Assembly (NCBI GenBank): GCA_965205975.1
Contig: OZ242195.1
Span: forward strand, 1,824,001 to 1,888,000
Direction: 5' to 3'
Source of the DNA: Candidatus Latescibacterota bacterium
GTDB taxonomy: Bacteria; Latescibacterota; UBA2968
Length of the DNA stretch: 64,000 bases
Below, piece by piece: positions 9,418 to 19,238 of this stretch; the first letter of the stretch is position 1, and each line of letters opens with the position of its first letter. The position numbers and the translations under genes are program-made. A model generated the notes under the pieces. That model had not been told where the DNA came from and did no database searches. It saw only the letters and a program-made list of their open reading frames with translations.

Positions 9418-11193
9418 ATGTCAGAGTCGCTCGGCGACTGGAAACGCACGCACAACTGCGGCGAATTGCGCATCGAAAATGTAGGCGAAGAAGTCTGCCT
9501 GATGGGTTGGGTTGGCAAAAGACGCGACCACGGAGGCGTCATATTTGTCGATTTGCGCGACCGCTACGGCATCACCCAGGTGGTCTTTCGTCCCGATCTC
9601 GAAGAAGAGACACACGCCATTGCCGAAAAAATTCGCAACGAATTTGTCCTCGCTATAAAAGGCAGAGTTGAACCGCGCCCAGAAGGCATGACAAATCCCA
9701 AACTGCCCACCGGTGCCATCGACATCGAATGTTCAGATCTGCGTCTTCTCAACGAAGCGGACACCCCGCCATTTGCCATAGAACCCGACATTGACGTCAA
9801 CGAAGAACTCCGCCTGCGCTATCGCTACCTCGACCTGCGCCGCCCCGACATGCAACAAGCTCTGTTCCTCAGACATAATGCCGCACAGGAGACGCGCAAA
9901 TATTTAATCACTCAGGGCTTTCTCGAAATCGAAACACCCTTTCTCATGAAAAGCACACCCGAAGGTGCGAGAGATTACCTCGTCCCCTCTCGCGTTCAAA
10001 TAGGCAACTTCTATGCCCTGCCCCAATCGCCTCAAACCTACAAGCAGTTGCTCATGATCGCCGGCTATGATCGCTACTTTCAAATCGTGCGCTGCTTCCG
10101 CGATGAAGACTTGCGGGGCGACCGCCAGCCCGAGTTTACCCAAATTGACATTGAAATGGCATTTGTCACAGAAACCGATGTCATGCAACTCGCAGAAGGG
10201 CTTACGCGGCACCTGTTTGAGCATATCATAGGCTTTGATATCCCCTCTCCCATACCGCAAATGACCTATCGCGAGGCGATTGATCGCTTTGGCACTGATC
10301 GCCCGGATACGCGCTTCGGTCTCGAAATTGTCGATATTGCAAAAGCTGCCCTCGCTTCGGAATTCCGGGTCTTTAGATCTGTAATTGATTCCGGTGGGCA
10401 AGTTCGCGCCATTAATGCCAAGGGATGTGCAAACTACTCGCGCAAACAAATCGACGATCTCACGGCTTTTGTTGCAAAACACGGTGCTAAGGGACTCGCC
10501 TGGATCAAAGTGACAGACCAGGGGCTTGAATCATCAATTGTCAAGTTCTTCCCCGATCAAGCCCAACAAATGCTAAGGGAATCACTCGACGCCCAGACAG
10601 GAGACCTGCTTTTATTTGTCGCTGACCAACCCGCAGTCGTCGCAAACGCACTGGGCAATCTGCGCTTAGAACTCGCGAGACAACAAGACCTTATGGAGAC
10701 TGGTGACTTTCGTTTTTTATGGGTAACGCAGTTCCCTCTCCTCGAATTTGATGACGTTGAAAAACGTTACGTTGCCTGTCACCACCCCTTCACGTCTCCC
10801 CTGGAAGCAGACCTCAACGAGCTTGAAACAGCCCCGGGTGATGTTCGCGCCAGAGCTTATGATCTCGTTCTCAATGGCAACGAAATCGCTGGTGGAAGTA
10901 TCCGTATCCACCACAGAGAAACCCAGGAGCGCGTGTTTCGCATGTTGGGGATATCCGAAAGTGAATCACGAGAAAAATTTGGCTTCTTACTCGACGCCTT
11001 TCGATACGGCGCGCCTCCCCATGGCGGTATCGCGTTTGGATACGATCGCCTGGTCGCCCTCATGGCCGGCAAAGCGTTTATCCGCGATGTCATTCCATTT
11101 CCAAAAACCAATACAGCAGCATCGCTCATGGATGGTGCACCATCTATAGTAGATCCCGCCCAACTCCGCGAACTCGGTTTGCGATTATTGTAA
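9418..11193 (+). CDS. aspS: Aspartate--tRNA ligase (probably non-discriminating Asp/Asn type)
   Basis: RTHNCGEL, RRDHGG, STPEGARDY, ALPQSPQ, CFRDEDLRGDRQPEFTQ, GAPPHGG. Confidence 0.97.
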   Translation: MSESLGDWKRTHNCGELRIENVGEEVCLMGWVGKRRDHGGVIFVDLRDRYGITQVVFRPDLEEETHAIAEKIRNEFVLAIKGRVEPRPEGMTNPKLPTGAIDIECSDLRLLNEADTPPFAIEPDIDVNEELRLRYRYLDLRRPDMQQALFLRHNAAQETRKYLITQGFLEIETPFLMKSTPEGARDYLVPSRVQIGNFYALPQSPQTYKQLLMIAGYDRYFQIVRCFRDEDLRGDRQPEFTQIDIEMAFVTETDVMQLAEGLTRHLFEHIIGFDIPSPIPQMTYREAIDRFGTDRPDTRFGLEIVDIAKAALASEFRVFRSVIDSGGQVRAINAKGCANYSRKQIDDLTAFVAKHGAKGLAWIKVTDQGLESSIVKFFPDQAQQMLRESLDAQTGDLLLFVADQPAVVANALGNLRLELARQQDLMETGDFRFLWVTQFPLLEFDDVEKRYVACHHPFTSPLEADLNELETAPGDVRARAYDLVLNGNEIAGGSIRIHHRETQERVFRMLGISESESREKFGFLLDAFRYGAPPHGGIAFGYDRLVALMAGKAFIRDVIPFPKTNTAASLMDGAPSIVDPAQLRELGLRLL

Positions 11194-11349
11194 TCACAGA
11201 GGGTCATAACACATTCAAAACTTTTTCTTGACTTTCTGTATTTTATGTAGTACTTTGTCTGAAAGTTGTATTATTGGATTTTTTGTTTTTACTTTACGTC
11301 TTGATAATTTAAATACTTACGCCAATATCCATGAGGAGGCAATTGGGTT

Positions 11350-11595
11350 ATGAAAAGACTCAAAAAAGCGGCAGGTTGCGGTCTATTACTCGTTCTGTTA
11401 TCTGGATGTTGCACGCCAATGGCCTCAAGATCGCAACTCCAAATGCTTGAAGAAGCGCGTAAAGCCGCAGAATCGGCTGAAGCCGACCTCGCAGCCTGCA
11501 AGCAGCACCGAGCCGAGTTGGAACGCCAATTGGCACAGAAAAAACAGGTTCTGGCCGAGTGGCAAAATATCTTAAGTCAGTGCAACAGGTCTTGA
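11350..11595 (+). CDS. Small coiled-coil lipoprotein
   Basis: RBS gaggagg, signal peptide with lipobox LSGC, heptad-rich mature part. Confidence 0.7.
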   Translation: MKRLKKAAGCGLLLVLLSGCCTPMASRSQLQMLEEARKAAESAEADLAACKQHRAELERQLAQKKQVLAEWQNILSQCNRS

Positions 11596-11633
11596 GCCAG
11601 TAATTTTTTGGTGTGTGGAAAGGAGTTGGTCGG

Positions 11634-12476
11634 ATGACAGGTTTGAAGCTTTTCGGGTTCTTTCTCGTTTGTTGCGCAATCACTCTTTTGGTTTTCCCTC
11701 AAAAGGGAATTGCCCAAATGGAAATGACCTATGATGAATACAGGATGAAACTTACAGAACAGGAGCAACGGCTTGCAGAACTTAAACAGACTCTGCTCGA
11801 ATGCCAAACTGCGTCTAATGACCTTTCTAACCAGATTTCGAGTCTGGATACCCAGATTAGTGAAATCAAACAGCAAGTCTATAGTCTTGTTGAGTCCAAT
11901 GAAGCAGGGGTCGATGAATATATACAAGAACTCGGCCGCATTGAAGGCCGCCTCATGGGCTTGCGCAGCCTGGCAGAAGATGCTCTTTTTGAAGTTCGAG
12001 ATGAAATTGATCAAATAGAAGCCCGCGTATCAGAGCTTAAAGCAGACAAAAGAGCCTGTTTTCCAGCTGCACAGGAAAAACTGGCGAGTATCGATCAATT
12101 ACTTGAACAAGTCAAAGCGCGGATGCCTCGCAAGCGCATTCGACAATATTCGGTTGTCAGAGGTGACAATCTCTGGAAAATCGCCAAAAAAGACGATATT
12201 TACGGCGATCCTTATCTCTGGCCCCGTATTTACGTTGAAAACCGGGATAAAATTAAACATCCCGATATAATTTATCCCAAGTGGGTTCTCAATGTTCCTT
12301 TTGGCGTCGATATCAATCAACATCTCGTAATGAGCGGCGAAAACCTCTCGTCCATTGCTGGCAAGGTGTACAATGATGTCACCAAATGGAATCGGATCTA
12401 CCAGGCTAACAAAACACAGATTTTTGATCCGAGCATGATTTTCCCTGCTCAAGTATTCGATATTCCGGCAAACTGA
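11634..12476 (+). CDS. Exported coiled-coil protein with two LysM domains
   Basis: Signal peptide; YSVVRGDNLWKIA...WPRIY and HLVMSGENLSSIA...WNRIYQAN LysM repeats; RBS aaggag before ATG 11634. Confidence 0.9.
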   Translation: MTGLKLFGFFLVCCAITLLVFPQKGIAQMEMTYDEYRMKLTEQEQRLAELKQTLLECQTASNDLSNQISSLDTQISEIKQQVYSLVESNEAGVDEYIQELGRIEGRLMGLRSLAEDALFEVRDEIDQIEARVSELKADKRACFPAAQEKLASIDQLLEQVKARMPRKRIRQYSVVRGDNLWKIAKKDDIYGDPYLWPRIYVENRDKIKHPDIIYPKWVLNVPFGVDINQHLVMSGENLSSIAGKVYNDVTKWNRIYQANKTQIFDPSMIFPAQVFDIPAN

Positions 12477-12586
12477 CCTCAACCTTTTCGATCCCAGAAT
12501 TTGGATCTTTCATAAATCCAATGGAAGGTTCATCTATAAACCTTTAACTCTAAAATAAAACTCTCATTCCCGTAGTCTGTTTGGGA

Positions 12587-13600
12587 ATGAGAGTTTTATT
12601 TTTAAATACTCAAATCGTGGAAAATAGAGAACTCTCCCATAGACTATCGTTGCGCGGTGTTGACCTCCTATCGTTATACGGTCACAACGATGCAAATTTG
12701 CTCGCCCTTGAAGACCGCTATGGCGTGCGTTTAACCGCCCGCGGTGATCAGCTAAATGTCCAGGGGCCACAACACAAAGTTCAACACGTCTCTGGTCTAT
12801 TAGAAGAAATGATTTCGTGCCTTCGGCGTGGCGATCAGTTTGACCCTCTGCACCTGCTTGCGCCACCGCCGGAAAATTGTGAATCTGAAATTGGCGAATA
12901 CGCAAAGCCCATTCTTTCAACACCCAAAATTCTCATTCGCCCCCGCTCCCGGACTCAGGTTACTTACTCGGCAGCTATCGAAAACCACGACATTGTTTTT
13001 GGCATTGGGCCTGCGGGCACGGGAAAAACTTATCTGGCAGTCGCAGCGGCTGTTGCTGCACTAAAAAGCAAACACATCTCCAGAATTATTCTGACACGGC
13101 CGGCCGTAGAAGCTGGCGAAACCCTGGGATTTCTTCCGGGAGATATACAGGATAAAGTTGATCCCTATTTGCGCCCGCTCTACGATGCACTGCGCGACAT
13201 GTTACCCGATACACAATTGCAACACCTTATGGAAATGCGCACACTTGAAATTGCACCGCTTGCATTTATGAGAGGACGCACCCTGAACAACGCTTTTGTC
13301 ATTCTCGACGAAGCTCAGAATACCACCGTCAACCAGATGAAGATGTTTCTTACCCGCCTGGGCAACAATGCCAAGGCTGTGATTACGGGTGATATAACAC
13401 AAATAGACCTGCCACCGGGTATTCAGTCTGGACTTATACACGTCCAACACATCCTGTCTCATATAGAAGCCATCAAATTTGTCAGTTTTTCAGAAAAAGA
13501 TGTCGTACGACACGCATTGGTCCAGCAAATCATAACAGCCTATGAGCAAAGTGAACATTCCCCTGAACCAGACGTAGAAGAGGCACTGCCAAAACCATGA
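12587..13600 (+). CDS. phoH: PhoH-family ATPase (YbeZ-like)
   Basis: GPAGTGKT, LTRPAVEAGE.LGFLPG, FMRGRT, ILDEAQN, TGDITQIDL; exact start uncertain. Confidence 0.95.
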   Translation: MRVLFLNTQIVENRELSHRLSLRGVDLLSLYGHNDANLLALEDRYGVRLTARGDQLNVQGPQHKVQHVSGLLEEMISCLRRGDQFDPLHLLAPPPENCESEIGEYAKPILSTPKILIRPRSRTQVTYSAAIENHDIVFGIGPAGTGKTYLAVAAAVAALKSKHISRIILTRPAVEAGETLGFLPGDIQDKVDPYLRPLYDALRDMLPDTQLQHLMEMRTLEIAPLAFMRGRTLNNAFVILDEAQNTTVNQMKMFLTRLGNNAKAVITGDITQIDLPPGIQSGLIHVQHILSHIEAIKFVSFSEKDVVRHALVQQIITAYEQSEHSPEPDVEEALPKP

Positions 13601-15852
13601 TGTTCTTTAGAAAACGTCAGCGCGAACGCACGCGTCGGACAAAACAACAGTGGAAACAGCGGGGAAAGCAAGCCTTTCGCATGGCATTGATGCTCGCCCT
13701 CTTAGGCGTACTAACCGTCTTATTTCCCACGCAACAGCAGTACGAGTACAGTGCATTTCGCGAAGGCGCGATTGCGCCAGATGAAGTCATCGCCTCTGAA
13801 TCATTCTCCGTGTACAAAAGCGAAGAAGCATACCAGAATGAAGTCGCAGAAGCTCGCCGCCAGATTTTGCCGGTTTTGCGCTATGATAGCACGGTTCAGC
13901 AAAGCAAACTGAACGCATATAAAACATTTCTAAACGACATAAAAAAGCACATAGGCTCCGGGGTAAGCGAATCGCTCTCACACGAGTTGCGGCTTTCACA
14001 CCCGGAGATTAGCCCCCTGTCGGAATCCACCCTGAAACATCTCGTACCCGTATCTCGAAGGCGATCAGCCAGCCGCAGTACATTGACCACCGCAGTTGAG
14101 AAAATTCTTCAAAGCACCTACCAGAACGGGATTATCGACCAGGAAATAAATACCGTCGAAGAGGGGTACGCAGAGGTTATACTACTCAACAATGGCTCAG
14201 AACGCCAAATTAGCCTTGAAGAACTGGCCGATATAGAAAATTTCACCTCGGAGCTCCAACAAACCATAGAACAACAAGTGCCAAAAGCGAGCGCTATGGA
14301 AATGAGAGCGGGTAGTGAACTGGTCCTGGCCTATCTATCCCCCAACATTGCCTATGACGCTACCGAAACGCAGAGGCGCAGAGATGAAGCAGCCAGCAAT
14401 GTCCAACGCGCCAAGCCTGGGACAGTCCTCAAAGGCGAGCGCATTATTGACAAACACGACCGCGTAACATCTGACGACATAGATAAACTCAGGTCGCTGG
14501 CAGAACATATCAACCAACGCCGCCAGCAAGACCCATTCATTGACCTCATTCAACGAGGTGCTGGACTATCACTTTGCGCGTTGACGCTAATCATATTTTT
14601 TGCATTTCTAAAATTTTATCGTCCTGACCTTTATCGTCCATCCAAAAACATCGTACTGTTTGGCATCATTATTTTAATCCCTACTGCCGTGGCTGATTAC
14701 GCCGCCCAAAGTCAGGCCATATCGCCGTTTCTCATCCCCGTCGCACTATCTGCAATGCTGGCAACCGTGCTCTTTGATGCCGTCATCGGCATGGTGATCA
14801 CCCTTGTCGTTACAACGCTTTGTGCCAGCATACTCGGCGAACTTCAATACGGAATCATCTTTCTCACCACAGGCATTATTGGCGCATTTTCGGTACATCA
14901 GGTGCGCCATCGCAGAGATTTTTACCGTCCGGGGCTGTATCTGATTGCCGCTTATGCCTTGACAATTACCTCTACAGTTGGACTCCTTTTTTCTTATGCC
15001 AACACCACCGAGTTTCTCACGGAAATACGCGAAGATTTATTCTGGGGCATCTTGTCTGCCTGTGGTTCCTTAATCCTCACCATTGGATTACTGCCTGTAT
15101 TCGAAAGTGTTTTCAATGTCGTAACATCAATGACATTGCTCGAATTGGCAGACTTAAATCGCCCGCTGTTACGCAATTTGGCCATTCGTGCTCCTGGCAC
15201 CTTTAGTCACAGCATAAATATGGCCAATATCTCGGAAGAAGCCGCGGTCGCAATAGGTGCAGACCCCTTGCTCGCGCGCGTTGGGTGCTATTACCACGAT
15301 ATTGGGAAGATGAGACGCCCACACTATTTTATAGAAAATCAGCATGGCGTGAATCCTCACGATGAGTTGCAACCTCAAATAAGTGCCCTGATTCTCATCT
15401 CTCATGTCAGGGACGGGATCGAATTGGCGAAAGAAGAAGGCCTTCCTCTTGCAATCATTGATCTCATCCCACAGCACCATGGGACTTCAGAAATGACTTC
15501 ATTTAAGCATCAGGCACAACTCATAGACGAACAGGCGGTCCGCGATGCCGACTTCCACTATCCTGGTCCCAAACCCCAGACCAAAGAAGCGGGCATTATT
15601 AACCTCGCAGACGCTGTTGAATCTGCGACGCGGTCTCTGCCCAACAATGATCCAGACGAAATTAGAGAACTCGTCCATACAATTGTCAAAGGCCGTTATG
15701 ATGCTGGGGAATTGGATGAATGCGATCTTACATTGCGCGACCTGACCCGAATTCAGGAAGCCTTTTTACCTGTCTTGCAGGCTTCGCACCATCACCGAGT
15801 CCCCTATCCCTGGCAAGTACAACAACAAGAACGCCAAAGCGCGAGCGCATGA
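13597..15852 (+). CDS. 7TM-HD (HDIG) phosphohydrolase, PgpH-like c-di-AMP phosphodiesterase family
   Basis: Extracellular domain, seven TM segments, APGTFSHS...YYHDIGK...QHHGT...LADAVE; usual position between phoH and ybeY. Confidence 0.9.
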   Translation: MMFFRKRQRERTRRTKQQWKQRGKQAFRMALMLALLGVLTVLFPTQQQYEYSAFREGAIAPDEVIASESFSVYKSEEAYQNEVAEARRQILPVLRYDSTVQQSKLNAYKTFLNDIKKHIGSGVSESLSHELRLSHPEISPLSESTLKHLVPVSRRRSASRSTLTTAVEKILQSTYQNGIIDQEINTVEEGYAEVILLNNGSERQISLEELADIENFTSELQQTIEQQVPKASAMEMRAGSELVLAYLSPNIAYDATETQRRRDEAASNVQRAKPGTVLKGERIIDKHDRVTSDDIDKLRSLAEHINQRRQQDPFIDLIQRGAGLSLCALTLIIFFAFLKFYRPDLYRPSKNIVLFGIIILIPTAVADYAAQSQAISPFLIPVALSAMLATVLFDAVIGMVITLVVTTLCASILGELQYGIIFLTTGIIGAFSVHQVRHRRDFYRPGLYLIAAYALTITSTVGLLFSYANTTEFLTEIREDLFWGILSACGSLILTIGLLPVFESVFNVVTSMTLLELADLNRPLLRNLAIRAPGTFSHSINMANISEEAAVAIGADPLLARVGCYYHDIGKMRRPHYFIENQHGVNPHDELQPQISALILISHVRDGIELAKEEGLPLAIIDLIPQHHGTSEMTSFKHQAQLIDEQAVRDADFHYPGPKPQTKEAGIINLADAVESATRSLPNNDPDEIRELVHTIVKGRYDAGELDECDLTLRDLTRIQEAFLPVLQASHHHRVPYPWQVQQQERQSASA

Positions 15853-16274
15853 ATACACTGGAAATCACAACTTTGGTCGATGTCTGCGATCTGGATATCC
15901 CTCAATTAGAAGCTGTAGTGAAACAACTTCTTTCAGACAACGAGGTGCATCTTCCCATTTCGTGCGTTCTAACCCATGACGCCCATATCCGACAACTCAA
16001 CAAACAATATCGGAACATAGACAAAACGACCGACGTTCTTTCATTTGAGCTTTCCGATGCGATCCATCCAGAAGCGCATTATTGTGGAGAGATATACATT
16101 TCAGTAGATCGCGCACGACAGCAAGCAAAAACGCATAACCGATCCCTACAGACAGAAATAACTCATCTGACAGTGCATGGGACCCTGCATTTGCTGGGAT
16201 TTGAACACGATACCCCCGAGGGGTACACGCAAATGCAAAACGAAGAAAAAAAATACCTGACCTTGATGGGATAA
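15849..16274 (+). CDS. ybeY: rRNA maturation endoribonuclease YbeY
   Basis: LNKQYR..DKTTDVLSF, GEIYIS, HGTLHLLGFEH; ATG overlaps the upstream stop. Confidence 0.95.
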   Translation: MNTLEITTLVDVCDLDIPQLEAVVKQLLSDNEVHLPISCVLTHDAHIRQLNKQYRNIDKTTDVLSFELSDAIHPEAHYCGEIYISVDRARQQAKTHNRSLQTEITHLTVHGTLHLLGFEHDTPEGYTQMQNEEKKYLTLMG

Positions 16275-16309
16275 CCCTTGCTATAAACAATTCTTCCCCC
16301 GAAAGGAGC

Positions 16310-17626
16310 GTGATTTTTTTGGACGATCCTTGGCCAGCAATCTTTATAACCATCGCTTCTATTCTCCTGACAGCAGCTTTCTCCAGGCTCGGATCAATTG
16401 TTGTTTCGCGCACAACTCTCGAACGCCTTCACGAAGAAAAAATAGGACGTGCAGGGCTCTACCTCTGGCTCTATCGCTCCCGCGATTTTGTGTCACAAAT
16501 GGTTTTGCTCGGTCAGACAATCGCCATATCTATAGGCGCTCTGGCACTGTTTTCCATTCTTTTTCAGACGTTAAAACCGGGTTTCTGGCTATATCCCAGT
16601 GCAGCATTGCTCATCGCACTTTATGTATTTATCGCCCTGGTCATTCGCAGCATCGTTCCCCCCTACCGCAGGGAAGAGGGATCAGACCGTCCGCTGCCTT
16701 TTTTGCCGTTATGTTTTTTGCCCTTTTACTTTATTCTTGTTCTTCCCACACTCTTGTTGCTCAAAGCGCAAACTGTTTTCTTGAGCGAAGACGATAGCCG
16801 AGCACTTAAAGAAGAAGAATTGCGAAATATCGTCGAGTCGGAAACAGAAGAAGGCACAATCGAAGCAGAAGAAAGAGAAATGATTGAGGGCATCTTTGAA
16901 TTTGATGAAACAACGGTCAAAGAGGTGATGATCCCGCGCATAGATATAATTTCTGCCGAAATAACGGCCACGCCCAAGGAGCTTCTCGAACTGATCCAGC
17001 AATCCTGGCATTCGCGAATCCCCATCTATGAAGAACGAATCGACAACATCAAGGGCGTCGTTTATGTCAAAGATATTTTGCTCAATCTGGCGACCAATCA
17101 GCCGTGGTCTATTCCAGAGATCATGCGTGCGCCATACTTTGTGCCGGAAAATAAGACACTCGCTGAGCTAATGGCCGAATTTAAGCGCGAGAAAGTACAC
17201 ATGGCGATTGTTGTCGGAGAATATGGTGGCACGTCTGGCCTCATTACAATGGAAGATATTATCGAAGAAATTGTCGGTGAGATTCAAGATGAATACGACG
17301 ATGAAGAACCGCTTTTTGAATGGCGCGAAGAAGGCAAAATACTCGTCGCAGATGCGCGCATTGACATTGAAGACCTCAATATCGTGCTCAACGTCGAACT
17401 GCCACAAAACGGTTACGAAACGCTCGGAGGATTTATATACAACGTGCTTGGACACGTACCTCATATAGATGAAAATTTAGAACACGGAAATCTATTTATT
17501 GAAATCCTCCAGGTCGTAGGACAGCGCATTACACGAGTAAAAATCACCAAACGCGGAGAGCCTTCACAGGATAGCTCAGAACATGTTGAAGAGACACAAA
17601 TGCAAAACGACAAACCGCAGAAATAG
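16310..17626 (+). CDS. CNNM/CBS-pair/CorC_HlyC protein (hemolysin family, Mg2+/Co2+ transport related)
   Basis: N-terminal TMs, EVMIPR, HSRIPIY, EYGGTSGLITMEDIIEEIVGEIQDEYD, C-terminal ETLGGFI. Confidence 0.92.
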   Translation: MIFLDDPWPAIFITIASILLTAAFSRLGSIVVSRTTLERLHEEKIGRAGLYLWLYRSRDFVSQMVLLGQTIAISIGALALFSILFQTLKPGFWLYPSAALLIALYVFIALVIRSIVPPYRREEGSDRPLPFLPLCFLPFYFILVLPTLLLLKAQTVFLSEDDSRALKEEELRNIVESETEEGTIEAEEREMIEGIFEFDETTVKEVMIPRIDIISAEITATPKELLELIQQSWHSRIPIYEERIDNIKGVVYVKDILLNLATNQPWSIPEIMRAPYFVPENKTLAELMAEFKREKVHMAIVVGEYGGTSGLITMEDIIEEIVGEIQDEYDDEEPLFEWREEGKILVADARIDIEDLNIVLNVELPQNGYETLGGFIYNVLGHVPHIDENLEHGNLFIEILQVVGQRITRVKITKRGEPSQDSSEHVEETQMQNDKPQK

Positions 17627-17681
17627 CTTGACAATAACCCCAAAATCCCGTTCTTTTTTAGTGCTTATCTGGACATAGGGT

Positions 17682-17758
<77 letters not shown>

Positions 17759-17760
17759 AA

Positions 17761-17802
17761 AAAATAAGGGAACCTAAAATTTCGGTTCCCTTTTATTTTT
17801 TT
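17761..17802. terminator. Bidirectional intrinsic terminator
   Basis: aagggaacc...ggttccctt stem with A-run before and T-run after, between the tRNA and the convergent XRE gene. Confidence 0.75.
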
Positions 17803-17813
17803 CTTCATCTTCA

Positions 17814-18191
17814 TCAGGCATCGAGCAAAGATCGAAATGCAGCTTTGAAATTGTGCGGGGCGCTCCGCCAGAGTTGAATACCCTCAATAATATCATCGGT
17901 TTCCGATTTGAATATCGGCTGCAACGCTTTCCTCAGTTCGGCGATCTGTATTGTCTCCTGACCTGCTTTATGATCCGTCAACAAATCTTCGACACTTCTG
18001 CCCAACACATCTGCAATTTTTGCCAACACGGGAATGGACCCGCGCTGTTTGCCCTTTCGAATATCGCTAAAATAGGGCGCACTAATCCCAACCATTTTGG
18101 CGATCTCCTGGCCCTGTAAACCCGATTCGCGTTGCCAGCGCTGAATCTTCTCACCCGCTATTTGTTTATCATAAAGCTCTCGCCTTGTCAT
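17814..18191 (-). CDS. XRE-family HTH transcriptional regulator
   Basis: GEKIQRWQRESGLQGQEIAKMVGISAPYFSDIRKG...LAKIADVLGRSVEDL. Confidence 0.85.
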   Translation of the reverse strand: MTRRELYDKQIAGEKIQRWQRESGLQGQEIAKMVGISAPYFSDIRKGKQRGSIPVLAKIADVLGRSVEDLLTDHKAGQETIQIAELRKALQPIFKSETDDIIEGIQLWRSAPHNFKAAFRSLLDA

Positions 18192-18206
18192 GCATACACT
18201 CCTTTT

Positions 18207-18977
18207 TTAGTGAGAATGCTTCACCACCTCGACCAGCCACGCAATGTCATTCAGGTCGTGAAACACGATATCCTCTGCCCCAATGCCACACGCACCGAGA
18301 TTGGACGCGATGCTATCTTGCGTCCACCTTGCAGACCAAAAACCTTCAGCAGTCGCCACAAATCGCGACCCCAAAGGCGTCACAACGCGCTGCCCTGTAT
18401 GCTCGTAGAAATCGACTTGCGCGGCCTCAGTTTCCGGCACATTCTTGTACATGGTGAAAAATGCGGAACCGCCGATTTTCAGAGCGCGATAAAAACGAGA
18501 AATCGTCTGAATAAATCGCGGATTGCGGTCGAGATAGGCGTCGTTGTACAGGCTGAGGTCATCGGATTTATCCCTGATATTGCCCGGCGTAAAATACAGA
18601 CAGAAAACGAGGTCGTAAAATTCCTCCTCAACCACTGCCTCAGCGGCATCGCCTATAAATATCTGTGCGTTGTCAATGCGTTCTTTTTTCCACAGCGCGT
18701 GTGCGTCTTCAGCCATTTCGGGCGATATTTCAAAGCCGTGGTACAAAAGACAGTGCGGCGCGAATAGAACGGCGTGATAGCCATTGCCACACCCGATATC
18801 CGCAATTTTGTATGGGCCGTGCTGAAGTTGCTCGCAGAGTATCTCATCCTGTTTCTGCCGAGCCTCTCTAATCGGTTCGGGACAATAGGACGACTCAAGC
18901 GCGCGTTTGACGGCTTCATTTTCGGATTCCAGCGATATACGACTCACTTGTTCCCTCTTTGGTTTTTGCTTAGACAA
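18207..18977 (-). CDS. Class I SAM-dependent methyltransferase
   Basis: IADIGCGNG motif I, GFEIS, GDA, YDLVFC, ALKIGG. Confidence 0.85.
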   Translation of the reverse strand: MSKQKPKREQVSRISLESENEAVKRALESSYCPEPIREARQKQDEILCEQLQHGPYKIADIGCGNGYHAVLFAPHCLLYHGFEISPEMAEDAHALWKKERIDNAQIFIGDAAEAVVEEEFYDLVFCLYFTPGNIRDKSDDLSLYNDAYLDRNPRFIQTISRFYRALKIGGSAFFTMYKNVPETEAAQVDFYEHTGQRVVTPLGSRFVATAEGFWSARWTQDSIASNLGACGIGAEDIVFHDLNDIAWLVEVVKHSH

Positions 18978-19083
18978 TTAATTATTCATGCAGAAATCTA
19001 CTATGCGGGTCAAGTTGTAAATATCAACTGTCTATGTATTCCCAACCCGTACTGTATCAATTTTACAACACCTGTGCTAAAAA

Positions 19084-19194
19084 GGCACACATTTTGCTTT
19101 CTTTGTAAAATGTCATGACAAAATACAAAATGCTATAAAAACAAGTATTTATATCATTTTTTTCAAAAAAATAATTTACGGCACACATTTTGCA
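19084..19194 (+). promoter_or_regulatory. Two tandem sigma54-type promoters
   Basis: Identical GGCACACATTTTGC (GG-N10-GC) at 19084-19097 and 19180-19193, upstream of ORF 19239. Confidence 0.6.
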
Positions 19195-19238
19195 TACTAT
19201 AATCAATAGCCGGGGTCATACACTTTCAGGAGGTTACC

